DNA of 64,000 bases, from NCBI RefSeq assembly GCF_004010195.1, contig NC_057718.1, positions 46,435,236 to 46,499,235 on the forward strand, read 5' to 3'. Shown here piece after piece: positions 49,640 to 60,400 of the stretch; positions within the stretch are counted from its first letter, which is position 1, and each line of letters begins with the position of its first letter. Source of the stretch: Chiloscyllium plagiosum. Lineage: Eukaryota. The notes below the pieces were generated by a model. It was given only the letters and a program-made list of their open reading frames with translations. It was not told the origin of the DNA and searched no databases. The position numbers and the translations under genes are program-made.

Positions 49640-50710
49640 GAGTCATAGAGCACAGAAACAGACAGTTTGGTCCATCTCATCCAAGCCAATCAAATATCAC
49701 AATCGGAGAGTCCCATTTGCCAAAACATGACCCATTTCCCTCTAAGCCCTTCCTATTCATACAACCATCCAGAGTGCCTTTTCAATGCTCTAATTGTATG
49801 AGCCTCCACCACTTCCTGTAGTGGCTCATTCCATACACGCATCACCCTGTGCATGAAAAAGTTGCCCCTTAAGTTCCTTTTAAACCTTTCCCCATGCCCT
49901 CTAATGTTTGACTCCCCCAGCCCAGGGAATGACCTTGTGAATAATCTATCCACACCCTTCATGATCTAATAAACTTCTGTAAAGGTCACCTCTCTGCCTT
50001 TGACATTCCAGGGAAAAGTCCATGCCCATCTGGACTCTCCCTATAACTTAAATCCTCCAAACTCAGCAATGTCCTTGTCAATCTTATCTGAACCCTTTCA
50101 AGTCTAACAACATCCATCCCATAGAAGAGTGACCAGAATTGTAAGCAGTATTCTAAAAGTGGCCTGAGCAGTGTCCTGTACAGCCACATGACCTCCCAAC
50201 CCTTACACTCAATGCACTGACCAATGAAGGCAAGTGTTCCAAACTTCACCTACCTATCTCATTCTCAGCCACCTTCCACCCCAGCTCCACCCCCTTCCCA
50301 TTTATCTCTCAGCCCCTTTAGGCCACCCCCTCATTTCTGATGAAGGGCTTATGCCTGCTCCTCGGATGCACCCTACCATTAAGTGTGTAAGTCCTGCCTT
50401 GATTTGCCTTATCAAAATGCAAAATCTCCACATTTATTGAAATTAAACTCCACCTGCCACTCCTCAATCCATTGACCCATCTGATCATCATCCCATTGTA
50501 CTCAGAGATAATCTTCTTCACTGTCCATTACACCACCTATTTTGGTGTCATCTGTAAACTTACTAACTATTCCTCCCACATTCACATCCAAGTCATTTAT
50601 ATAAATAATGTAAAGCAATGGAACCAGTACCAATCCTTATGGCGCACCGTTGGTCATAGGCCTTCAGTTCGAAGAGCAACTCTCCACCACCCTCTGGCTC
50701 CTATTTTCAA
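49640..50710 (-). mobile_element. CR1 (HER1-like) LINE 3' part, with a Penelope family-A fragment at ~50245-50372
   Basis: LYRTLLRPLLEYCLQFWS..LERVQ and FKRNLRGNFF. The insert carries a truncated TTCTGATGAAGGGCTTATGCC. Confidence 0.8.
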
Positions 50711-50834
50711 GTCAAATTTGTATTCATTCAGTCTGACTAACTAAGTAAGTAAGTAATCTAATCTAATCTAATCTAATCTAATCCCTTGCAGATTCCTTAT
50801 GCCCTCAGGATAACATGTTCTCAAACTTACAAAT

Positions 50835-50915
50835 GGGTGGCATGGTGGCTCAGTGGTTAGCACTGTTGCCTCACAACACCAGGGACCGGAGTTCGATTCC
50901 CAGCTCAGGCAACTG
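50835..50915 (+). mobile_element. HE1-like SINE head only
   Basis: GGTGGCTCAGTGGTTAGC..GAGTTCGATTCC. Confidence 0.75.
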
Positions 50916-52581
50916 GCCTCAATAATTTGTTTTCAATCCTATCTACAATCCTTCACTTTGGAACCAGATAGGCAACACAGCCTTCAGGATTCTTGGCTGC
51001 TGAGAACAGAAACCTATTCCCCCTAACTTTGCTGTCGTCTGGATTCAGGACAGTCTCCTTGGGTATCTCAGAGCAGATCTGTCTTTGGGTGAAGAACTAA
51101 AGAGAAAGAACTTCCAATGATTTTCAAAACTCCCAATGGTTGAAGTGCATTTAAATTTCCATTTTAACCAATGAAACTTATATAAAGCAGGAAAGAGAGA
51201 AAGGAGGCAACCCTTCCTTCTTTAAATGCTCCTCCAGGGAAATGCCAAAAATCTTTATCCAACATAAGGGCATCATGAATCTCCAATTTCCTTTCTCCTG
51301 CACAGTGGCCAGTAGCCAAAAGAAAGTCAACTCCCAACAGGAGATTTAGTTATTCATTAAGACCAATTTCATAACTGCTGTTTTTTAAGTGGAGGGATGA
51401 GTTAAAACAGAATATTCTATTTTAAGATTAAGAATTAAACTCTATATGTTGTCATATAGATGATTTAACTAAACTATTACATATTAGATATTTTTTTCTA
51501 CAATATCTCCAAATTAGAACACTTCGTAGAATGACAGTATTTCTTGGAATAAGGCTATTTCCATGCATTTCTGCACCACCATTCTGTATTCCTACGCACA
51601 AAGTATTCAGCTCAAGGAATAACAAAAAGAATGCAAGTTGATACCTACACTAACAGTGATATGAATCATTCAACATTTATCAAATTATGATTATCAGAGG
51701 GTCAGTGTGGACTTGTTGGGCCAAATGGCCGGTTTCCACACTGTTGGGATTCTATGAAGAATAAAGGAGATAAAATATCAACAGGCCATTACACCAACTT
51801 TAGAAACCTCAACTCGTGCTCACCTTTTAATGATGTTACTGATGGGTGATGTCAGCAGCTTAGGTATAGTCTAGCAGCTAGTGATAAATTCAAAGCAGGT
51901 ATATTGCATAAAATTCATTCTACATGTTTTTAACCCCTCTGCTACATGCTTGCAGGAATTGCTCCTGCTCTAGGACATACTTAATCTGAAATTCACCTGC
52001 TCGTATTTCTAACAATGTCACAATGATGGTGACATCACACTGGGTGGAGCTATTCAGATGATGGTATAAATGAAGCATTATTCATCTAATGAAGGGTTTC
52101 TATGTATAAACTAGAGCTTGAATTTTCAATTCCAAAATCAGGAAAGCGTTCTGCTTCTCAAACCCAATTGAGGATACAGTGCCTCATTTTCATTATGGAA
52201 TAGGTATTAAATTGAGTCAGGACCGCCACTCTCAGAAAGAATGCAGAGACAATAATTAGAGCTGCCAACAGGCTATGAGTAGCACTCGTCTCTGATCTGA
52301 GGCTTCACTACTCTTGGAGTAACAATATAAGAAGAAAAAACGCCTTCATATCTATACCACTGCCCTATTTCTGACCAAATACTCCTCATGTCACCTAATC
52401 CTACCCCCATAGTCCCTCATGCCCTCTTTGCTAATATATACTCCTCCATCAACTCTGATAGTCCCTACTGTCAACTCATCACCGAGTTCCCACAAATGAT
52501 TGATCTTACATCCTTTATAACAACTCACCTCAGAATCAATCTCAGGATCCACGTCATGTGAATTAAAGTTCTTAAATATCT

Positions 52582-52841
52582 GGATGTAACTCTGCTCAGA
52601 GGCGGATGGTTTGTTTTCACATTTTGTCACCATACTAGGTAACATCATCAATGAGCATCTGGTGAAGCACTGGTGTTATGACCTGCTTTCTAATTGTGTT
52701 TAAATTTCCTTGGGTTTGTGATGTCATTTCCTGTGGTGATGTCATTTCCTGTTCTTTTTCTCAACGGGTGGTAAATGGGGTCCAGCTCAGCGAACAAACT
52801 TACATCCAGAACCTCAACCTGAGTTACAAATCTTCTCAAAA
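52582..52841. mobile_element. Penelope-derived element (family D-related), 13-bp TSD
   Basis: TSD TTCTTAA(A/G)TATCT at 52569-52581 and 52842-52854. Tail GAGTTACAAATCTTCTCAAAA resembles family D. Decayed hammerhead (UUGAUGAUGUUACCUAG..GUGACAAAAUGU) on minus. Confidence 0.7.
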
Positions 52842-55415
52842 TTCTTAAGTATCTATTAAGAATTCACTATTTTAAAGTTCATTGCATAAAATAAAGCATT
52901 TATTACACAGTTAACATACTTCAGCTACTTAATTCTTTATGAAAAGAAGCACGTGTTCATAGCTCCACCTCAAAAACTCCATAACACTTAGCCATCAATC
53001 AAACTTTGAACTGATATGCATCACACTGTGATAATGGTAGATTGTGAAATTAGCAATACAGCACAAATTAAAAAATGATATCCATAGGCTAACATCAACA
53101 GATAGAGTGAAATAGCAAACAAATTTTTTAAACACTGCAAGCAACTTTTTCAAAAAATTAATGCTTGGAAATTTGAGTGCTTTAACTGTTTACTTAACAG
53201 CTTGACCATTTCAATGCCATTATCCACATTTTAATGCACATGCATGCCTACTTCTAACAATTCCAAATGGTACCCTACCTCTTCAAATAATTGCAGCATT
53301 TTTAGATAGTGACCTGTAAGGTCTGTAAATTCTGATTTGTAAATTTCATTGTTGAAATTTGGATCTGTTTAAAGGCAGCTGCAATTTAATTTGTATCCAC
53401 CTTCATAAAATGCAGATGCACAAACTACAGCCCATCTCCACTTTCCCCTGGTGAAAACAATGGGCTCAGAGGTCAAGGATGTTACTTCAACAATCAGGAC
53501 TCAAATGCATTTTGACTAAGCCAGAAATATACTGTTGTTAAGAATATTCAGGACTTTTGCATCAGACGATAGGCTAAATTTGGTTTGCACACAAATAATT
53601 TTTAAGCTGGTCTACAAAATTTATAATTCCATTCTAAAACACAAAATAAATAATCAATTAATGAACTTAATTAAAAAGTATTCATTATAAACCATTTGGA
53701 ACTATTATATAGATAGGAAGGAATACCCTTTACTAAGCTGATTGAAAAGTTCTGATAAACTGTAATAAAGGGTACACTGGTTTATCATTTGGATTTTTGG
53801 TAGACATCAGATGAATATATTAAGGATATAAATAAGTCATCCAAGATGCAAGCCATTATGAAACAGTGCATACATTATGTTGTAAGGGCACTTATGCTAA
53901 ATCGGTGAAACAAAAAATGCCACTAATATGGTGATAAGAAGGCACATTCATGCATATTAAGAAGCTCAGAGATTGATTGCTTTATTTGTAAAATAAAATC
54001 TAAAAGTGCAGATATTATATCATTCTTAAAGCAGAAAACACACACCTGGAGAGCAAAACCTGCCCCTGCAGATCTGGCCAGCTATTAGAAGAATAACAAT
54101 CTGAATCACAGTTCCACAGGAAAGCAATAGCTGATTGCAAGATGGGGATCAGCACACGGTGACCAATATTAGCTAGAGACTGCAGAATCAAACATGTGCA
54201 AGCTGATGATTATATAAATTACAAAACAATGAAAAGAGATCTGAATATTTTGGTGCATTCAAGTCTGGAGACAATCATCAATTGGTATCTTGCCGGAGAT
54301 CAAAACAACAGTAAGTCGTATGATAACATCTTATAATGACATAGCTGGATACAGTTTATCCCACAATGACCCCTTTATTTCCCATATGATGCCAGTTATT
54401 TGTCAGTTTTCCTTTTAGAAAATCAAACTGACATTTGTGACCCATAAAAATCAGAACACGAACACGGATACAAGGGGAAGAATGCTTCATGTGGGTTAGC
54501 AAATTCAGGAATGGCAAAGATGCAGAACGTGAGACTTTACTGTAATGCATTGCAATAATAATATTCTGTATTGTTACCTAGAATCCTGTGGATTTGAGAA
54601 TCTGAAGGTAGAATAAAGGGCATTCTGAATTTTCCACTTTTGACCATTCCCAGACTCACTGCCTGGGGACAGCTCTCCTCTCCAATCAGTGAATCAGGAA
54701 GTTATTGAAATTTGTTTCCTCTTATAAATTTCCGGGGTGATTGAAAGTGAAATTTTTGCAACCCCAAATAACCACTGTAGCAAACAATAACAAACAAATG
54801 AATAAACGACAAAACAAACACCAACTACTCCAAATAGATAAAGGTTATTGTACAGAGCTACAGAGAGGCAGAATCTCGGAGAGAACGGGATTCAGCACAA
54901 ACAGCCAGAAGTACAAAAATCAGAGGTTAATTTTGATTTCAACATTGCATCTAATTTAAAATATTCAATCTGAATTTAAGAATAACTAATTTTGACTGCA
55001 GAAAACACTTAATATACAAGTTTGCTGCCACTTGCCATAATTAAAGATTCAAAACCAGAATTTCAATGCACTTTAAAGTGCTGGAAGAAAAAAAAACTTA
55101 ACAGCAAGGTATTTTTAAGAAAACGGATTATTATACATCCAAACAAATCCACCTGGAAAGAAATCATATATTGCAGCCTATTCCCACAGCAAAATGTCAG
55201 AAGTTGCTTCTTTATATGCTGTGGTGATAACTTCATCATCCAATACATTTGATGCAACAATGGGTGAGTGCTGCAGCTTAAATTACAAAGATTATGACGC
55301 ACTTCAATCCCTTTGTAACTAATTATTTTCATCGATAATAGGTGGTCGTGAAGTTTCAGTTTTTGGAAAAAATCAAACAGTTGCAGAACGTGATGTCACA
55401 ACACTAGTAAAAACT

Positions 55416-55668
55416 AAGAAATTCAGTGGTTATTCAAAAAATGTTTAAATTATTCAGCTACCTTGGTCAATGGATTTTATTCAGGTTTCCTCTCCCACAG
55501 TTGAGATTTTTTTTGGGAGTTGACTGATGGTCTAAGATTTCAAGAAATTCAGGGTTATTCAAAAAATGTTTAAATTATTCAGCTACCTTGGTCAATGGAT
55601 TTTATTCAGGTTTCCTCTCCCACAGTTGAGATTTTTTTTGGGAGTTGACTGATGGTCTAAGATTTCAA
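55416..55668. repeat. Tandem duplication, 126-bp period, 2 copies
   Basis: 55416-55541 and 55542-55666 differ by a single 1-nt indel. Confidence 0.95.
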
Positions 55669-56104
55669 TTAGCTTTGCAGATTTTGTAGGTTGACGTGAC
55701 GCTCATTATAGAGGCAGGCTATTAGTAGCAGGTTGTGCAGAACAGACAACAGATTTTTCCAAGCACATCAACCACAAAACATGACCAGTAACAAGATAGT
55801 TATCTTTGCTTCAGCAGTCACTTTTACTTGTTTGAATTCTGCAAACAAAGCTCAGGCTGTTCTGTGGTTCAGAAACACAAAACATACTTGACTTGCTGAT
55901 TATGGACTCTTTACTGCCATCTACAGGAATATGTGACTCAATGCATGCATCTCCAAACAACTGGGATAGAGAGCAAAAAGCAATATTGTTTGGAAGAATA
56001 TCATGGTTTTCAATTAATTTCTGGTGGTTAAGATTTAATGTTCAGTATATTATTCTGTTGCTTTAGCATTATCAATTTTCAGTATTTGCCATTACAACAG
56101 GAAA

Positions 56105-57295
56105 ACAGGGAGGGTCCCAGAGAGCTGGAAAACTGCTGTTGCTGCCCTCTTGTTTAAAAAGGGAGTAACAGAAAAGACAGAAAATTCCAAACGGATTAGC
56201 CTGACCTCAGTCAATGGCAAGATTTTGGAGTCCATTGTGAGGGATAAGATTTCTGAATATTTGGAAGTGTATGGTAAAATAGGGCAAAGTCACCATGGTT
56301 TCATCAAGGGGAGGTCATGCCTGACAAATCTGTGACCATTCTTTGAGGAGTCATCGAGCAGGTTAGATCAAGGAGAGCCAATGGGTGTTAGGAGAGCAGG
56401 CAAAAAAGTAACAACAAAATACAGTGGAAACTCCAAAGAAAATCACAACTGTGGGAGAGGAAGCCTGAATAAAATCCAGTGACCAATTTAAACTTTTTTT
56501 TAAAAAAAAACCACGGAAATTCTTAGTTTTTAATGGTGTTGTGACATCACGTTCCGCAACGCAGTTCAATTTCTTCAAAAAAAAACAAACTTCACTTTGG
56601 TAAGAAGGCGAGAGGCACAGACTGTTTTCTAAACGGGGAGAAAATTCAGAAATCTGGAGTACAAAGGAATCTAGTCCAGGATTCTCTGAAGGTAAACTTG
56701 CAGATTGAGTCAGTAATTAGGAAGGCAAATACTATGTTACTATTCATCTTGAAAGGACTAGAATATAAAAGCAGGGATGCATTTCTGAGGCTTTATAAGG
56801 CTCAGGCCATATTTAGAACATTGACCCTGGAGCAGGTCAAGAGGAGGTTCAAGAAAATGATCCCAGGAATGAAAGGCTTAACAATAGGGAGGAACATTTG
56901 AGGAGTCTGGGACTATACGCAGAGTTTAGAAGGAGGTGGGGGGATCTGATTGAAACTCACCGAATACCGAATGGTAGAGTGGATGTTGGGAAGATGTTTC
57001 CACTGGCAGGAGAGACGAGGACCCAATGGCACAGCCTTAGAGTAAAGGGAACGCCCATTAGAATGGAGATAAGGAGAAACTTCTTTAGCTGGAGTGGTGA
57101 ATCTGTGGAATTCATTACCACCGCAGGCTGTGGAGGCCAGGTTATTGCGTATATTTAAATCAGAGATGGATAAGTTCTTGGTTGCCATGGGGAATCCAAG
57201 ATTACAGGGAGAAAGTGGGAAAATGGGGTTGAAACATGTTCGAATGGCGGAGCAGACTCGATGAGCCAGTGGCCTAATTTCTGCTTTTATGGAAA
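56105..57295 (+). mobile_element. CR1 LINE, internally deleted or interrupted
   Basis: ISLTSVNGKILESIVRD..HGFIKGRSCLTNL and IRKANTML..LEYKSRD..LRLYKA. Confidence 0.85.
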
Positions 57296-58259
57296 ACATA
57301 ATGAATTGAATCTAGAAACATGGACAAAAGGGACACAACTAAAACAACCTCAAATCCTCACCTTATTTCATTAACACATGTACTGCATCATTTATTCCAG
57401 AAGACTTCACAAAGGGAATAAGACCCTGAACTGTTGGCAGTTTAGTCTCTGCAAAGAAACCAGTAAGAGAGGCAATTAAAACAGAAGAAATGGGACTAGT
57501 TTAGTTTGGGAATATGGCCAAAGGATCTGTTTCCATGCTGTATATGACTGTCACTGTTCAGTGACTGCTGCTGGAAACAAAAGATATCAGAGAGAAAAAC
57601 AAAAAGGAAAAAAAAAAAAGATTTCACCACTGCAATCTACTTTGCCACATAATCAAAGAATCTTTTTCCAATATGCTCTCTTTCCTAGCTTTTAGGATTC
57701 ACCATTTATCTCCAGAAAGATGCCAGGTACTTATCTTTCTGAATTTTAATCTGATCTAGTGGCTGACATCAAGGAAATCCACTAAAACCCAACAAGTTCT
57801 TATTTACATACGTAGGGTCTTAATGAAATAATCAAGATTCAACTGCAATCTTCAGTAATGGCCTGGATGAAGCATCTTTCATAATTTTCCTCACCAGTTC
57901 AGAGAACACCCAAGCAGGTAGATTTATTAACTGTCCCCACAGACCAATAAATGGTAGAGTTGCTTCTGCAGGAACCCAGATGGAAACCACAAGTTTCCTC
58001 TGCTCAAAGTCCAGTTCATCCTTTATAATACGGCCCTCAAATTCAACCTCAGCGATTGCTATCAAGGCTATCACAAGGTTATTTACTAGAAGTTCTTGTT
58101 AATTCTGCTGACAGGAAATGTATTGTTAATAACACTAACAAGCTACTGGAACACCATTTAAAAGGGGAATATTACCACCCCTAGGGTTGTAATAATCAGA
58201 TGAAAATGTAAGCCTTTCCAAGGATGAATAACTCTTCTTGCTGGATTATAATCCAGCAG

Positions 58260-59135
58260 AGGAGAAAGTGAAGACTGCAGATGCTGGAGATCAGAGTCGA
58301 AGAGTGTGGTGCTGGAAAAGCACAGCCAGTCAGGCATGATCAGAGGAGCAGGAGAGTCGACATTTCGAGCATAAGCTCTTCATCAGGAATGAGGGGGAGG
58401 CCCAAGGGGCTGAGAGATAAATGGGAAGGGTGTGAGTCGGGGGGCGGGGGGGAGAGGGGTGGTAGCTGGGAATGCGATAGGTAGATGAAGGTGGGGGTGA
58501 AGGGGATAGATCGGAGAGGAGGGTGGAGCGGATAAGTGAGAAGGAAGATGGACAGGTAGGACAATTCAAGTGGGCAGTGCTGAGTTGGAGTGTTGGATCT
58601 GGGATGAGGTAGGGGGAGGAGAGATGAGGAAACTGGTGCAATCGTTATTGGTGCTGTATGGTTGGAGGATCCCAAGGCAGAAGATGAGGTGTTCTTCCTC
58701 CAGGCGTCGGGTGGCTTGAATTTGGTGGTCTGGGAGGGGAGATGACGAAACTGGTGAAATTGGCTGGGGGAAGAACGTCTCATCTTCTGCCTTGGGGCCC
58801 TCCAACCACACTGTATCTATTTCAATTTCACCATCTTCCTCAAATCCCCCCCCCATCTTATCACAGATCCAACCCTCCAACTCAATACCGCCCTCTTGAA
58901 CTGTCCTACCTGTCCATCTTCCTTCCCATCAATCCGCTCCACCCTATCACCGTCACCCACCACCTTCATCCACCTATTGCTTTCCAAGTTACCTTCCCTC
59001 TTCCCAGCCCCTTCTATTTATCTGTCAGTCCCAATTAATCCCCCATTCCTAATGAAGAGCTTATGCCTGAAATATTGACCCACCTCAGAGATGCTGCCTG
59101 ACTTGCTTTGCTTTTCCAGCACCACACTTTTTGAC
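58260..59135. mobile_element. Penelope-like element (family A) 3' end in inverted arrangement
   Basis: ATRRLEEEHLIFCLGILQP (minus) and EERLIFCLGALQP (plus). Terminal arms as in the 9125 copy. Confidence 0.85.
58352..58390 (-). ncRNA. Minimal type-I hammerhead ribozyme motif (PLE family A), sense to the pre-mRNA
   Basis: AUUC-CUGAUGA-A-GAGC-uuau-GCUC-GAAA-UG-UC-GAC. Confidence 0.65.
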
Positions 59136-59477
59136 ATGTTTAACCATTGCCTAGACTCCTGTACTTCATTTGTCCTGGTCCTTGTGTTTCACATTATTTC
59201 TATCCTGTGTGCAGATGTTGAACCTGCTTCTGTATATTGCTAATCTTGATACTACTACTCTCCTTTGCTGGACTCCTGGATCATTAGATATTGGCTCATG
59301 GTTGACTGTACTCTTGATTAAATACTTTGTTTTCCAGAAGTGCTCCTACTGATACCCTGCTTTTCACACAGTTCCTTCATTCAATTCCATTTCTTGCAAT
59401 GTCTCCAAACAAGTGCTTAGAGTTAAATAATTAAATCTAGGCAAGACGTAAAATTGAGTTAACCTGAGTTAATGAGA

Positions 59478-59770
59478 GCAGCATGACGGCTCAGTGATTA
59501 GCACTGCTGCCTCACAGTACCAGGGATCTGGGTTCGATTCCAGCCTCAGGCAACTGTGTGGAGTTTGCACACTCTTCCCGTGTCTGCACGGATTTCCTCC
59601 CACAGTCCAAAGATGTGCAGGTTAGGTGAATTGGCCATGTTAAATTGCCCATGGTGTTCAGGGATGTGTAGGCTAGATGCATTAGTCAGGGGAAATGCAG
59701 TGCAGTAGGGTAGGTGAATGGGTCAGTGTGGACTTATTGGGCCAAATGACCTGTTTCCACAATGTAGGGG
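59478..59770 (+). mobile_element. HE1-like SINE
   Basis: A and B boxes (GGCTCAGTGA, GGTTCGATTCC), core and tail. Confidence 0.85.
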
Positions 59771-59904
59771 TTATACAATGATTCCATTATGTTTTAGAAC
59801 ATTTCGAAAACCACTAAAGACACCAAATAGAACATTTCCAGGGTCAATTTGTGATTCCATTGTAACTGACTTGATCCAATGATGGTTGCACTTTAGATTT
59901 TTTG

Positions 59905-60400
59905 AAAAGTTCACTTGTGGGCTGTGAGCATTACTGGTTGGTCTGCATTTATTGACTGTCCCTAATTGCCCTTGAAGGTGGTGGTGAGCTGCCTTCCTGA
60001 ACCACTGCAGACCATATTATGTGGATTGAACCTTAGGGATTTTGACCCTACTTCAGTGAAGGAACAGCAATATATTTCCAAGTCAAGATGATGAGTGGCT
60101 TGGAGGAGCTCCCAAATATTAGTTGTTCTTGTCCTTCTAGATGGAAATGGTTGTGGGTTTGGAAGGTGCTGTGTAAAGAATTTCAGTGTATTTCTGCAGT
60201 GCATCTGCTGCTACTGAGCATCCATGGTGGAGGGAGTGGATGTAGTGCCAATTAAATAAGCTGCTTTGTCTAGGACAGTGTCAAGCTGCTTGAGTGTTGT
60301 TGGAGCTGCACTCATCCAGGCAAGTGAGGTTATTCCATCACACTTGTGCCTTGTAGATGGTGGACAGGCTTTGGGGAGCCAGGAGATGAGTTACTTGCCA
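59905..60400 (-). mobile_element. CR1/L2-clade LINE 3' part
   Basis: Homologous to 990-1815. Confidence 0.75.

Noticed and set aside
57832..58074. 80-aa minus-strand ORF as a possible upstream RPS6KC1 exon
   Set aside because: No resemblance to the expected PX or MIT N-terminal sequence (e.g. YRKGVDLLLEGVQ) and no convincing splice pair.
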